In this document: positions 43,303 through 52,975 of the stretch, in pieces
Layout of the letters: every line of letters starts with the position of its first letter
How positions within the stretch are numbered: position 1 is the stretch's first letter
From: an uncultured delta proteobacterium
Lineage (GTDB): Bacteria > Desulfobacterota > Syntrophorhabdia > Syntrophorhabdales > WCHB1-27
Assembly (NCBI GenBank): GCA_963717985.1
Contig: CAVQYC010000005.1
Location: 73,106 to 137,105 of the forward strand
Reading direction: 5' to 3'
Length of the DNA stretch: 64,000 nt
The notes under the pieces: model-generated
What the model saw: only the letters and a program-made list of their open reading frames with translations
The model's database searches: none
What the model was told of the DNA's origin: nothing
Made by a program: the position numbers and the translations under genes

Positions 43303-45762
43303 TTGAGGAAGACGAAAAACGGCATTATCGAGGAAGAGTCAAAGATCCTGGAGCTGATGGACAATCTGAGGGCAGACAAATATCCCCGCCGGACGTATGA
43401 CTGTATAGGGAGACGCGGTGTAAGGCGCGTCGACGGATTCGAGAAGGCGAGCGGGGAAGCCCTTTACACATTTGACGTGGCGCTGCCGGGGATGCTCTAT
43501 ATGCGGTTTCTTACCTCGCCCTATCCACACGCGAAAATCGTTCGAATGGACACGAGCAAAGCTGAGGCCCTGCCAGGGGTAAGGGCAGTACTGAGGTATG
43601 ACGACCCAGACCTGCCGGTGTCAGCCGACCTGGGGGGTCACGTGGTTTCATCGGAACGCGTTATCCCCGACACGGCCTACTTTCAGGGAGAGGAAGTAGG
43701 AGCGGCGGTGGCGGCGGACACCGAGCAGATAGCCGAGCAGGCACTGCGTCTGATACAGGTGGAATGGGAGCAGCGTCCTTTTCTGCTTGATGGAGAGGAA
43801 GCGGTGAAACCTGGCGCCATTCTCGCCAACCCTGAATTGCTCCCTGCCGGTAACGTCTTCAACCGGGGCATCGATATCGAGGAGACGGGCGATGTCGATA
43901 AGGGTCTGGCGGAAGCAGACAGAATCATCGAGTTCGAAATCCGCCGCACGGCAAACACCTGGATCGGGCCGGAACGTCCTTGCGGTGTCTTCAAGTGGAA
44001 TGGAGAGTATCCCGAAGTGTGGGTCAAACAACAACGGCCCCACGTATGCAAGCGCGTCGTTGCGTCATGGTTCGGCGGGATGCCGGTGAACAAGGTCCAG
44101 ATGCACTGCCTGTACCAGGGGGCGAGCTTCGGGGGGTGGAGCCAGATGCCGTGGAACATGGGCGGACATTACTGCGCCGCGGTTGTGGCAGCAAGGACTC
44201 GGAGACCGGTGAAATGGGTGTTCACCAGAAGGGAAGATTTCTACGGCGGGCAGATGGATGAAGGGACTTACTTTTTCAAGGTCGGCGTGGACAACGATGG
44301 GACGATCAAAGCCGTCAAGGTGCACGCCATACTGGTCAACCTGATGATACCTATCTTCGGCATTATCAAGCACCTCATCGAGAACACGAAAATTCCGAAT
44401 ATCTATGGAAAGTTAGAGGCGGTGAAAGTCAATAAGGGTACCAATGTTCCGGTACGCTGCGAACAGGCGCCCAACGTAATTGCCCTTTCCATGGTCTTTG
44501 ATCGCGTAGCGAGCGTCCTGGAGCTTGATCCTATAAACGTTGCCTTGAAGAACGATGGGGCGAACGGCCACGACATGAAATGGCTCAACGAGAAAAAGAA
44601 GGAGTTAGGATTCCCTATACGAGATAGCTTGGCCGAATGCATAGAAAAGGGTCGGGCAGCCATTGGCTGGGATGAAAAATGGCACCTTCCGGGCATGAAG
44701 AGGCTTCCAAACGGCAGGATGCATGGGATTGCCTTTACTTGGGCGCACGAATGGGAGGATTCTGCGGGATCGAGCGAAATAGCACTACGTATTGAGCGAA
44801 CTGACGGAAGCGCAACCATTCTTGGAATGCGGGCCGATAACGGGGTAAACGCCGAAACGGCCTACTGCCAGATCGCAGCGGATGAGCTTGGGATGCGCAT
44901 CGAGGACGTTTATTACAGACCTCATCACGATACCGGTTTTTTTCCGATGACTCCCGATTCCTCCACCAACATGTCTGTAAATGGGTTTGCGATCCGAAAT
45001 GCCGCGAGAATCCTGAAAAAGAAGATACTTAAGGCGGCGACGAGTCCGATGGGGGAGACGCAGAGGGGCGCTTTTCCAGTTCCTTTTCCTGAGATGGAAC
45101 CGGAGGATCTCGATATCAAGGACAGCGTCATCTACGTCAAATCCGATCCGTCAAAAAGGATGTCGATAGCAGAATTGGTCGGTCCTTCAGGGGCAGGCGG
45201 ACCAATTATTCAGGGCGATCTGGGGATGGAGGGGGCTACGAGGGCGCCCTTTAGCGCGCCCCTCTTTGCCCATAGCTGGCAGGTGCAGGACGGAGCCTAC
45301 GCCCATGCCAGGCTTCGGATGTGCCGTCAGGCACATTTTATGGAGGTTGAGGTCGACACGGAGACCGGGGAGGTCGAAGTAACGAAGGTAGTGATCGTTA
45401 ACGACGTCGGCAAGGTGATATCTCCCGAAGGAGCGGAAGGGCAGCAGTACGGCGGCGCATATATGGGTGTCGGAAGGGCGAGGAGTGAAGAGGTGATACA
45501 TGATCCGGTGACAGGCGTGATGCTTAATGGCAACCTCCTTGACTATAAGATAGCAACTATGAATGATGTCGGCTCTGTCGATACTATTCTCGTGGAGACC
45601 GGTATGGGCTATGGCCCCTACGGTACTGTCGGCATCGGTGAGGACGTCGCAACGGTTGTCCCCCCCCTCCTCGGCCCGGCAGTTCATAACGCCATTGGCG
45701 TCTGGGTTGACGAGTTTCCTCTCACGCCCGATAGGGTGTTGAAGGCCCTTGGGAAGGCGTAG
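43303..45762 (+). CDS. molybdopterin-binding large subunit of the xanthine-dehydrogenase/aldehyde-oxidase family
   Basis: RRVDGFEKASGEALYTFDVALPGMLYMRFLTSPYPHAKIVRMDTSKAEALPGVRAV is the family N-terminus. Start is TTG 43303 (SD GGGGAGG) or ATG 43357. The first 99 codons of the track ORF overlap the MoaD-like gene and are rejected. Confidence 0.85.
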   Translation: MRKTKNGIIEEESKILELMDNLRADKYPRRTYDCIGRRGVRRVDGFEKASGEALYTFDVALPGMLYMRFLTSPYPHAKIVRMDTSKAEALPGVRAVLRYDDPDLPVSADLGGHVVSSERVIPDTAYFQGEEVGAAVAADTEQIAEQALRLIQVEWEQRPFLLDGEEAVKPGAILANPELLPAGNVFNRGIDIEETGDVDKGLAEADRIIEFEIRRTANTWIGPERPCGVFKWNGEYPEVWVKQQRPHVCKRVVASWFGGMPVNKVQMHCLYQGASFGGWSQMPWNMGGHYCAAVVAARTRRPVKWVFTRREDFYGGQMDEGTYFFKVGVDNDGTIKAVKVHAILVNLMIPIFGIIKHLIENTKIPNIYGKLEAVKVNKGTNVPVRCEQAPNVIALSMVFDRVASVLELDPINVALKNDGANGHDMKWLNEKKKELGFPIRDSLAECIEKGRAAIGWDEKWHLPGMKRLPNGRMHGIAFTWAHEWEDSAGSSEIALRIERTDGSATILGMRADNGVNAETAYCQIAADELGMRIEDVYYRPHHDTGFFPMTPDSSTNMSVNGFAIRNAARILKKKILKAATSPMGETQRGAFPVPFPEMEPEDLDIKDSVIYVKSDPSKRMSIAELVGPSGAGGPIIQGDLGMEGATRAPFSAPLFAHSWQVQDGAYAHARLRMCRQAHFMEVEVDTETGEVEVTKVVIVNDVGKVISPEGAEGQQYGGAYMGVGRARSEEVIHDPVTGVMLNGNLLDYKIATMNDVGSVDTILVETGMGYGPYGTVGIGEDVATVVPPLLGPAVHNAIGVWVDEFPLTPDRVLKALGKA

Positions 45763-45899
45763 AAGCGAGGTCTTGGAATCGTGCCTGTCAATCGCTGATT
45801 CGTGGTCGATTTGGGCGACAGGTGTCACTGCCTGAATCTTAGGGACGGGTGAAATATGCTCACATTTGTGAGTGCGAGAGCAAAGGGGTGGGGATTTGC

Positions 45900-46717
45900 A
45901 ATTCTTCAACGATTCGCGTTCGAGAGAGCTTGTTACAATATGGTATACTCTCCTGCCGGGCGAGATTTATCTATACGGCGGGCAAACCAAGACTTGAAGT
46001 GAATTCGGCCAAGGGGTCAGATGTCCATTCTGGAGCATGCATAAATGAAAAGGCGGCCTTCGAAATGGCGCTCTCAGGCGTCTGGACCGCGAAACGGACA
46101 GCCTGCATCTTCTCGACGGCGGGCCTCTATGAAGCCCTCGACCCGTTGATGAGCTCGGCTTACATGGGAGTAAAGGGAGGTCTTGTCATCGCGTGCGTGA
46201 AGGAAGGCACCCTCGACGTCAACCCCTCTCGGTCTCTTTTCGAAACTGCCCGTCCTCGTCTCTGACGGCAGTCCGGACCGGCTCTCTTCCGCTTTGTCTT
46301 TCGCCTTAGACCTCTCCGAGCGCTACGAGATCCCGTGTCTAGTGGAGACACTGCCCCCCCCGTGGACCCCTCAAAAGGTCGAATGGGCTCAAAGACCCGG
46401 CGGGTAGGGCCACCTTCGTGAAGGACCCGACGAGATGGGTCGCAATCCCGCGGTTCAGGTACGAGTTGCATAAACGCCTAAACGAGAAGATAGACAAGAT
46501 GCGCGATGAGTTCGAGACTTACCCAGGCAATGCGCAGCTCCTGCAGGGGAAAAAGGGCCTCATCACCCACTACGCCCGTGGGGAAGAGGCGCCGGGGAAC
46601 AACGTGAGTGTACTGGCCCTCAGCTCGGTCTTTCCGCTCCACCGGCACGCTGCCGAACCGCGTTTGCGGTCGCCAGACCTTCTCCTGCTCGCATGCCATG
46701 GCCAGAAAGAGCCATAA
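45900..46717 (+). pseudogene. indolepyruvate/2-oxoacid:ferredoxin oxidoreductase alpha subunit (IorA-like), N-terminal third only, multiple frameshifts
   Basis: Three frames carry consecutive IorA-like pieces: INEKAAFEMALSG...GLYEALDPLMSSAYMGVKGGLVI; then ALSFALDLSERYEIPCLVET; then KDPTRWVAIPRFRYELHKRLNEKIDKM...VSVLALSSVFPL. Confidence 0.7.
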
Positions 46718-46762
46718 GACTTATATCAACGCCATAATAAAATTGTTAAGGAGGCAACAGTC

Positions 46763-48142
46763 ATGGCAAATCAAGCAGATGGCAATCCTACGGCGGACAG
46801 AGGATTCGAGAAGGTTATTCCACATTCTCCTTATGTTCCCTATGATCCCGACGTCAGATTATATGTGGGTACTATGAGAAAGTTCCTGGTTCCTTACGAA
46901 TACACCGGCTGGCGGGACGAGACAATGGCCTGGAAAGAGTCGTGCTATCTGCACGGCAATCTGAATCCAACCCCCACCTTTCGCATCAAGGGGCCGGACG
47001 CTCTGAAATTTCTGTCCGACACCTGCGTCAACGGCTTCTCGAAATTCCCGGCGGGTACCGGCAAGCACGCCATCATGTGTAGAGAAGATGGTATCATCAT
47101 GCAGGACGGCGTACTGCTGCGACTGGCTGAGGACGATTTCATCACCTACTGGATGGCACCGTACATTGTCTACGCGTTGGAAAAGGGCAAATATAATGCC
47201 GTAGGTGAAAACCTTACCGGTAAAGTTTTCCTGTTCCAGGTGGCCGGTCCTCGCTCGCTGGAAATACTGGAAGCAGCCACAGGTGACAACCTCCACGATA
47301 TTCGCTTCATCAATCACCGGGAAAGTGCCATTGCCGGCAAAAAGGTTCGTATCCTGCGGCTGGGCATGGCAGGCAGTCTGGCGTACGAAGTCCATGGTCA
47401 GTTTGAGGACGCCCGCACCGTGTACGGCGCCATCTTCGAGGCCGGTCAGCCCTACGGCACCCGCAGGCTGGGCTTTCACGCTTATATGATGAACCACACG
47501 GAGGACGGTTTCCCCCAAGCCTATTATCACTTCATCTACCCCTGGAAAGAGGACAAAGGCTTTGAGGACTATCTGCAAAATGCCGTGATTAGTCCGACTA
47601 TCACCTGCCTGGGCAGCATGGGTACGGACGTCAAACTGCGCTACCGGAACCCTGTAGAGTTGGGCTGGGGCGGCATGATCAAATTCGACCACGACTTCGT
47701 CGGCCGCAAAGCTCTCGAGAAGGAAGTGGCGAATCCACGCCGGAAGATGGTCACTCTGGAATGGAACACCGAGGATATCATCGATGTGTACGCCTCGCAG
47801 TTCCGACCCGGTGAGCCCTATACCAACATGGACGAACCATACCACTTTAATCATGAGGATGCAACCAACACGCTGTACGCGGACCAGGTGCTGAAGGACG
47901 GCAAGCTGATCGGCGTCAGCTCCGGTCGCGCTTATAGCCACAATTACCGCAAGATGATCTCCCTCTGCTCCCTGGACGTGAAATATGGCGACCTGGGCAC
48001 GGAAGTTACAGTGCTGTGGGGCAACCCCGGCACGCGTCAGAAAGAGATCCATGCGACGGTTTCCCGGTTCCCGTACTTTGACAAAAACCGCAACCAGACC
48101 GTCGATGTGAGCAAGACCCCGTACATTGCCGCAAAAAAGTAA
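46763..48142 (+). CDS. GcvT-fold aminomethyltransferase family protein, LigM/DesA-like tetrahydrofolate-dependent aryl O-demethylase
   Basis: 459 aa. WRDETMAWKESCYL...IKGPDALKFLSDTCVN and KFDHDFVGRKALEKEVANPRRKMVTLEWNTEDIIDVYASQF closely parallel the LigM sequence as I remember it. Confidence 0.7.
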   Translation: MANQADGNPTADRGFEKVIPHSPYVPYDPDVRLYVGTMRKFLVPYEYTGWRDETMAWKESCYLHGNLNPTPTFRIKGPDALKFLSDTCVNGFSKFPAGTGKHAIMCREDGIIMQDGVLLRLAEDDFITYWMAPYIVYALEKGKYNAVGENLTGKVFLFQVAGPRSLEILEAATGDNLHDIRFINHRESAIAGKKVRILRLGMAGSLAYEVHGQFEDARTVYGAIFEAGQPYGTRRLGFHAYMMNHTEDGFPQAYYHFIYPWKEDKGFEDYLQNAVISPTITCLGSMGTDVKLRYRNPVELGWGGMIKFDHDFVGRKALEKEVANPRRKMVTLEWNTEDIIDVYASQFRPGEPYTNMDEPYHFNHEDATNTLYADQVLKDGKLIGVSSGRAYSHNYRKMISLCSLDVKYGDLGTEVTVLWGNPGTRQKEIHATVSRFPYFDKNRNQTVDVSKTPYIAAKK

Positions 48143-48342
48143 TCCTTTGCAATTGGCGATTAAACAGGCCTAGGCAGGGTCGGATTTGCGCTTGAGGAGG
48201 TGTTGTATAGTACGGAAACCGTTTACCAGAGGTGACAGCATAATCGTAACTGTTTTCTTGACCGCCAGCATTATGAAATGTCTAGTTATCAGAAAGGGGG
48301 TTAATTAAGAAACTTTAGGAGAAAACGAACGCCAAGATAATA

Positions 48343-48511
48343 CCCCGTGACTTGAGACGCCATTGAGGCTCCCCATGCGAGCCGCAATGGAATCCCTCTG
48401 GAGGTCATCTCTGTGAGGATTCTGCGGCACTGGGACCTCAGGATCACGCAGATGTACCTCGTTAGGATAAGCGAGGTTGATGCCGTGCGCTTGATGGATC
48501 TGCTTCACGAG
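48343..48511 (+). pseudogene. second tyrosine recombinase scar (last ~55 codons, frameshifted)
   Basis: PRDLRRH, then a frame change, then HASRNGIPLEVISVRILRHWDLRITQMYLVRISEVDAVRLMDLLHE. Same lineage as 23114-23953. Confidence 0.75.
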
Positions 48512-48825
48512 GTAACGGAAATCACGCCGGTGCCTCATCGACTCGCGTTTTCAACATTATGAATGGTTATCGTCAGAAATTGTGAAGCATGAAAAATCAC
48601 GTTGGTGAAGGCCACAACTGGATAGACCATTTTCTCAGGCACGGATCGTCTCTATTCGGGTGCACCGGGTGGCGATTGGGGCTTGAATCTCGCTGCTGCG
48701 GGGGTACGTCTATCTACGAGGATATTGCGACGGCTGCCAAAACCCCCAATCCTTAACACCTCGCTTCGTTATGAGAAGTAATATCTAAGGTACGGGCACC
48801 ACAATGACCGCCCTGGAGGGATCAG

Positions 48826-49251
48826 ATGCCTTACCTTTTGCATGTGGTGAAGGGCAAAGAAAAGCGAGTAGTCGAGGTTTTCGGCCTCCATGGGGTGGCG
48901 GCGAAGAAAGCCCTCATCAGCGAGTACGTAGTTACCTACGACCCGAAATCGGAAGAACTACGCTATCTCGATTCCGTCTCCGGCTACATTCTGAACGTCT
49001 CCCCTATAGAAGACGAGGAAGTGGGGAGATTCCTGGGGCTGAGCGAAACCGTCTTTCCGAAGTCCGGCATGAAGGCGGGGTGCATAGTCCGTATTCTCTC
49101 CGGAGAGTATCAGGATTTTCATGGAGTGGTCCGGCGCCTCTCGGACGGCAAGGTAGAAATAGACGTGATTATGTTCGGAAGGCTGCGGCCTGTCGTACTG
49201 GACAGAGACGACGTGGCGCCGGAGGCGCTTCCTGAGGGGTTCACCCCGTGA
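48826..49251 (+). CDS. NusG-family paralog (NGN + KOW) specialised antiterminator candidate
   Basis: SD GGAGGG upstream. NGN-like YLLHVVKGKEKRVVEVF...VSGYILNV. KOW reads GCIVRILSGEYQDFHGVVRRLSDGKVEIDVIMFGR. Confidence 0.7.
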   Translation: MPYLLHVVKGKEKRVVEVFGLHGVAAKKALISEYVVTYDPKSEELRYLDSVSGYILNVSPIEDEEVGRFLGLSETVFPKSGMKAGCIVRILSGEYQDFHGVVRRLSDGKVEIDVIMFGRLRPVVLDRDDVAPEALPEGFTP

Positions 49252-49745
49252 AAGGGAGCGGAAGGATAGCCGGCTACGCGGTGAACCGAAAAACTATTTC
49301 CGTGAGGATCGAAATGTCGGGGGCTATGGCTCATCTCGATGAATTGGAACAATACAAGGGCAAGACGAAAACCATCAGGCTCGATGCGTTTCATCTTGTA
49401 GGGAAGATCGAATCCATCACCATAAGCAGAAACGTGGGATTCCTCATGCATGCGGCAAGGCTCGATTTCATCAACCGTAGGCTATTCCGCCTCATGGAGA
49501 AAGAACCTCTCACAATAGAGGTGAGCACGCCACAGCAGGACAAGCTGCTCTATTTCCTGGAAACAGCGGCAAAGAAGCGCAACAGAAAGGCAGGGGACTT
49601 GCTGTTCGAGTTGTCCTCCTTCAAGAAAAAAGACGGAGACGGACCGGAAAAGACAATCCCGGGCAAAAGATCGGTCTTCGACCTCTCGGAGGCCCAGTCG
49701 AATGTCGTCTTCGATAAGATCAGGAGGCTATCGGCCACTTCATAA
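49248..49745 (+). CDS. hypothetical protein (165 aa)
   Basis: ORF overlaps the NusG-like stop (GTGA). No recognisable motif. Start is uncertain. Confidence 0.5.
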   Translation: MKGSGRIAGYAVNRKTISVRIEMSGAMAHLDELEQYKGKTKTIRLDAFHLVGKIESITISRNVGFLMHAARLDFINRRLFRLMEKEPLTIEVSTPQQDKLLYFLETAAKKRNRKAGDLLFELSSFKKKDGDGPEKTIPGKRSVFDLSEAQSNVVFDKIRRLSATS

Positions 49746-49753
49746 GGCGGACC

Positions 49754-50974
49754 ATGTTCGAGACGGTAAGAACGATAATCGCAATTCTCCGGGAAAAGGA
49801 CCGTCAGGGTGAGAAAATCGTCCTGTCTCTCGACGACCTCTGTCCGATTTGGATCAAATACAACACCTCATTCAAACCGGCCGCCGTTGTCAAAGAAACT
49901 GCGAAAGCAGTATCGGGACCGGAAGAGACGGTTGTTCCCACCCCATCCAGCGAAGACGCCGAAGACCGGCCTGCAAGCGGAAAGGCCATTGTGACGGTCC
50001 AGGCGTTCTACAGCGAGGTGATCGAACCCCATAAGGAAAGCCTCTCGGGCATGCTGGAGGGGATCAACAGGATCATGGAACTCCTCGAGCGATATGGGGA
50101 TTGCCCCTCGGTCGTCGATACGATCGCCGATTCGGAGAAAAAAGTGGCAACCCGCGTAGGCGACATCCTCTCAAAGGTCACGCTCCGGGACCACACCTTC
50201 AACGTGACCCGTATCGCCCTCCGGCTTCTCAAGGACACCTACCACGATCCGGTAGGATACGTCCCTGCCGTGATCATAGCTGCCCTCGGCCACGACCTGG
50301 GGAAGATACCTGAACTGAGAAACCGGGACAAGTACGTGAAGGCGGACCACCCCCCAGCAAGCGTTTGCATCATAGAGGAGATATTCGAGAAAGACAAAGA
50401 AGCTCACTGGCTCAAGATGGTCGCCAAAGCTATAGGAGAGCACCATCAATCGGCGACCGACCCGTTGTCTGAGCTGCTTAAGGAGGCGGACGGGAAGGCG
50501 CGACAGATGGAGATCGAGCAGGGCGAGAAACGGGCCTCCATCCAGTGGGAAGAATGGTTCGACTGCAAAGAGCTCCTCCGGAGGGTAGGCGCGACCGTCA
50601 ACGTGACGCAAACCGGAAGCGCCTTCCGGGCCTTCTCCGTCGATGACACGGTCTACTGCGATCCGACGTTCCTTTACGAGACAGCGGGCGCCATGGCGGC
50701 CGAGAGAAGCATCATCGACATCACGCTGCTGCGGGATACCGACAAGGAGAGGGCGGTAAGAAGGATCGTCGAGAGCTTGAGGAAATCGGATCTGCTTACC
50801 TCCGAGCTCGGAAAAGCCTATACGACTCGCCGATACGAGATCCAGGTCGAACAGGGAAAGCCCAAGAGGCCGCTCCTCGTGCCGGTAAAAGCAGACGCCT
50901 TCGAGAACCGGGCGGACTTCGAAGAGATCAAGAAAAGCTACCCACCTATCATAAGGGGGATCACCCCGTTATGA
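49754..50974 (+). CDS. HD-domain (metal-dependent phosphohydrolase) protein with an unknown N-terminal region
   Basis: RDHTFNVTRIAL...AALGHDLGKIPE...ADHPP...GEHH...EADGKA gives the H..HD..H..D pattern. Confidence 0.7.
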   Translation: MFETVRTIIAILREKDRQGEKIVLSLDDLCPIWIKYNTSFKPAAVVKETAKAVSGPEETVVPTPSSEDAEDRPASGKAIVTVQAFYSEVIEPHKESLSGMLEGINRIMELLERYGDCPSVVDTIADSEKKVATRVGDILSKVTLRDHTFNVTRIALRLLKDTYHDPVGYVPAVIIAALGHDLGKIPELRNRDKYVKADHPPASVCIIEEIFEKDKEAHWLKMVAKAIGEHHQSATDPLSELLKEADGKARQMEIEQGEKRASIQWEEWFDCKELLRRVGATVNVTQTGSAFRAFSVDDTVYCDPTFLYETAGAMAAERSIIDITLLRDTDKERAVRRIVESLRKSDLLTSELGKAYTTRRYEIQVEQGKPKRPLLVPVKADAFENRADFEEIKKSYPPIIRGITPL

Positions 50975-51228
50975 TAGGTGCCCACTTCATTGACTACCTC
51001 AATCCCCTCGCCTACATGTCCCACACCCAGTACATGTCTCTCTGGCGCGTGCTATTCCAGGCGGTGCTCCAGGGTTTCTGGGCGAAGCTCTTTGCCTCAT
51101 CCGCTCTTTTCCTCGCCTTCTTCATCGGCGTCTATAGACAGCGCATAGTGGTGGGTGTTCTCCTTTTCTTCCTCTCCGTTGCGATAGCGTACGGCGGATG
51201 CATGTTGAAGTTTGTGCTGGGGCTATGA
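50971..51228 (+). CDS. small membrane protein (2 predicted TM helices)
   Basis: ATGA overlap with the HD gene. Hydrophobic segments LFASSALFLAFFIGVY and IVVGVLLFFLSVAIAYGG. Confidence 0.55.
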   Translation: MIGAHFIDYLNPLAYMSHTQYMSLWRVLFQAVLQGFWAKLFASSALFLAFFIGVYRQRIVVGVLLFFLSVAIAYGGCMLKFVLGL

Positions 51229-51950
51229 GCCACAAGGACGGCGACAAAACGAACGACATCACGCCGATAGGGGTTGGCGGCTCCATTCGGCCGAAGAGCT
51301 TCATCGACGTGGTCTCCATCGTGCAGAACTACTTCCTCGCGGAAAAGCATGGGAACGACCTCCCGGAGAACCTGCTGACCCTTAAAGGCAAGATCGTGAT
51401 CTCTGAGGTGGGATTCAAAGGAGCCTTTATCTCCGGCCTGATAAGCATCCTTCTGACACCCTTTTTTGTCGGTGTCATCGAGAGGTGCGTCCCCATCTTC
51501 GGCTCCTACGAATTCACCCTGTTCGATCAGGCTTTCGCCGTGGCCCTGGCGCTGAGCTTCGCCATGGGCTACAGCCTCATCCTTGCCTCCATCGGCAGGT
51601 ACTACATAGGGAAGCTTTCGAAACGGGCCATCAACTGGCTCATGGCCGGACTGACCGTCGCCGGGGCGCTCAAGATCATCATCGCCTTTGTCTTCTACAA
51701 CACCCTCTACGCCTCGGTGCTCGATGAGGGGCGCGTCGCCCGGTTTCTCCTGTGGTTCTATCCCCAGGTAAGCTATCAGACCCTCAACAGGATCTACCGG
51801 CTTCTCATGGGCGTGAAGCCGGTGCTTCTCACCTCGGCGAGCTTCGTGGTCCTCACCACGTTCCTCATGATCACGATCCCCTGGCTGTTCATCTTCACTG
51901 CTTGCAGGAAGACGAGAAGGATGATCGAGCGGGAGAGGATCTGGAGATAA
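51225..51950 (+). CDS. integral membrane protein (about 5 TM), unknown function
   Basis: ATGA overlap with the upstream ORF. Contains several long hydrophobic stretches. Confidence 0.6.
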   Translation: MSHKDGDKTNDITPIGVGGSIRPKSFIDVVSIVQNYFLAEKHGNDLPENLLTLKGKIVISEVGFKGAFISGLISILLTPFFVGVIERCVPIFGSYEFTLFDQAFAVALALSFAMGYSLILASIGRYYIGKLSKRAINWLMAGLTVAGALKIIIAFVFYNTLYASVLDEGRVARFLLWFYPQVSYQTLNRIYRLLMGVKPVLLTSASFVVLTTFLMITIPWLFIFTACRKTRRMIERERIWR

Positions 51951-52044
51951 AGGTAATATGTGGATAGGTGTCCGTATCTTCTCCGGGATGCTTCTTTTGG
52001 AGACCAGGGGGAACGGCCTATATGACGAACAAGGAGGAAGGTCC

Positions 52045-52965
52045 ATGGCGATTGATTGCATAGGGATAGACATTGGGTACGGATTCACCAAGACGTGCCG
52101 GTCGGAAAAGGATAGGCAGATATTCCCCACCGCCGTCGCCATGATGACCAAAGAGGGCGCGTTTGAAGACATGATCCCCGTCGTGGTCAACGGCCGCAGG
52201 TACCTGGTCGGAAAAGACGCGGAGAGAGAAGGCGGCGGCTATGACACCCGTCGATCCAGCTTTGTGGCGTCGGATGCTTGGCTTGCGGTCCTGGGCCATT
52301 GCCTCCGGCTCAACGACTTCTCAAACGGCGACGTCGTGCTGGGCATTCCTCCAGGAATGTACGCGAAGGACTATAACCGGAAGATCGTCAACGCCATAAG
52401 GACGTCAGACATAAGGGTAAAGGGAGAGCCCTGCCGGATCGGCGGAAACATCAGGATCATCCCTCAGGGCGCGGGCATATTCTTTTGCCACATCCAGAAC
52501 TACCCTGACGACTTCCGGAAAAACGTCGCTGTTATCGACGTCGGCCACCACACCTTGGATATGGTCTTCTTCGCCGAAGGGAAATACGTGGAGAGCGCCA
52601 CGGAGACCCACAAGATCGGCGTATCGGTCGTGCTCGACGACATCGCTAATGCATTCTTGCGCGAGCACAGGCGGTCCATCGGCTTCAGAGGCGCCCTCGA
52701 CATCCTCCGGGGCAAGCAGATCGCGTACATGGGCACCCCTTGCCCCGTCGATGTTCGGGAAGAGGTTAATGGCTACGTGCATCAAATTGACTCGTTCGTG
52801 GACCACTATCTGGAGAAGCTTCCCGCTCATCCCGACCTGGGCGTTATCGGAGGGGGCGGCGCCATGATAAAGGACTTCGCGGGCAGGCACGGCCTGCTCA
52901 TCGTGGGCGAGCCGGCGATGGCGAACGCAATAGGGTACTGGCACTACGGCAGGAATGCAAAATAG
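52045..52965 (+). CDS. ParM/StbA-like actin-fold ATPase
   Basis: SD AAGGAGGA upstream. Motifs GIDIGYGFTK, IIPQGAG, VIDVGHHTLD, VIGGGGA. Confidence 0.7.
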   Translation: MAIDCIGIDIGYGFTKTCRSEKDRQIFPTAVAMMTKEGAFEDMIPVVVNGRRYLVGKDAEREGGGYDTRRSSFVASDAWLAVLGHCLRLNDFSNGDVVLGIPPGMYAKDYNRKIVNAIRTSDIRVKGEPCRIGGNIRIIPQGAGIFFCHIQNYPDDFRKNVAVIDVGHHTLDMVFFAEGKYVESATETHKIGVSVVLDDIANAFLREHRRSIGFRGALDILRGKQIAYMGTPCPVDVREEVNGYVHQIDSFVDHYLEKLPAHPDLGVIGGGGAMIKDFAGRHGLLIVGEPAMANAIGYWHYGRNAK

Positions 52966-52975
52966 GGAGGCGGCG

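Noticed and set aside
48611-48630. GCCACAACTGGATAGACC resembles the D-arm of the tRNA-Arg (GCCCAACTGGATAGAGC), raising the idea of a tRNA fragment or att site at the left edge of the island.
   Set aside because: The similarity is limited to about 15 nt and is in the wrong orientation relative to the real tRNA. It covers the 5' part rather than the 3' part used by integrases, and no cloverleaf can be built around it.
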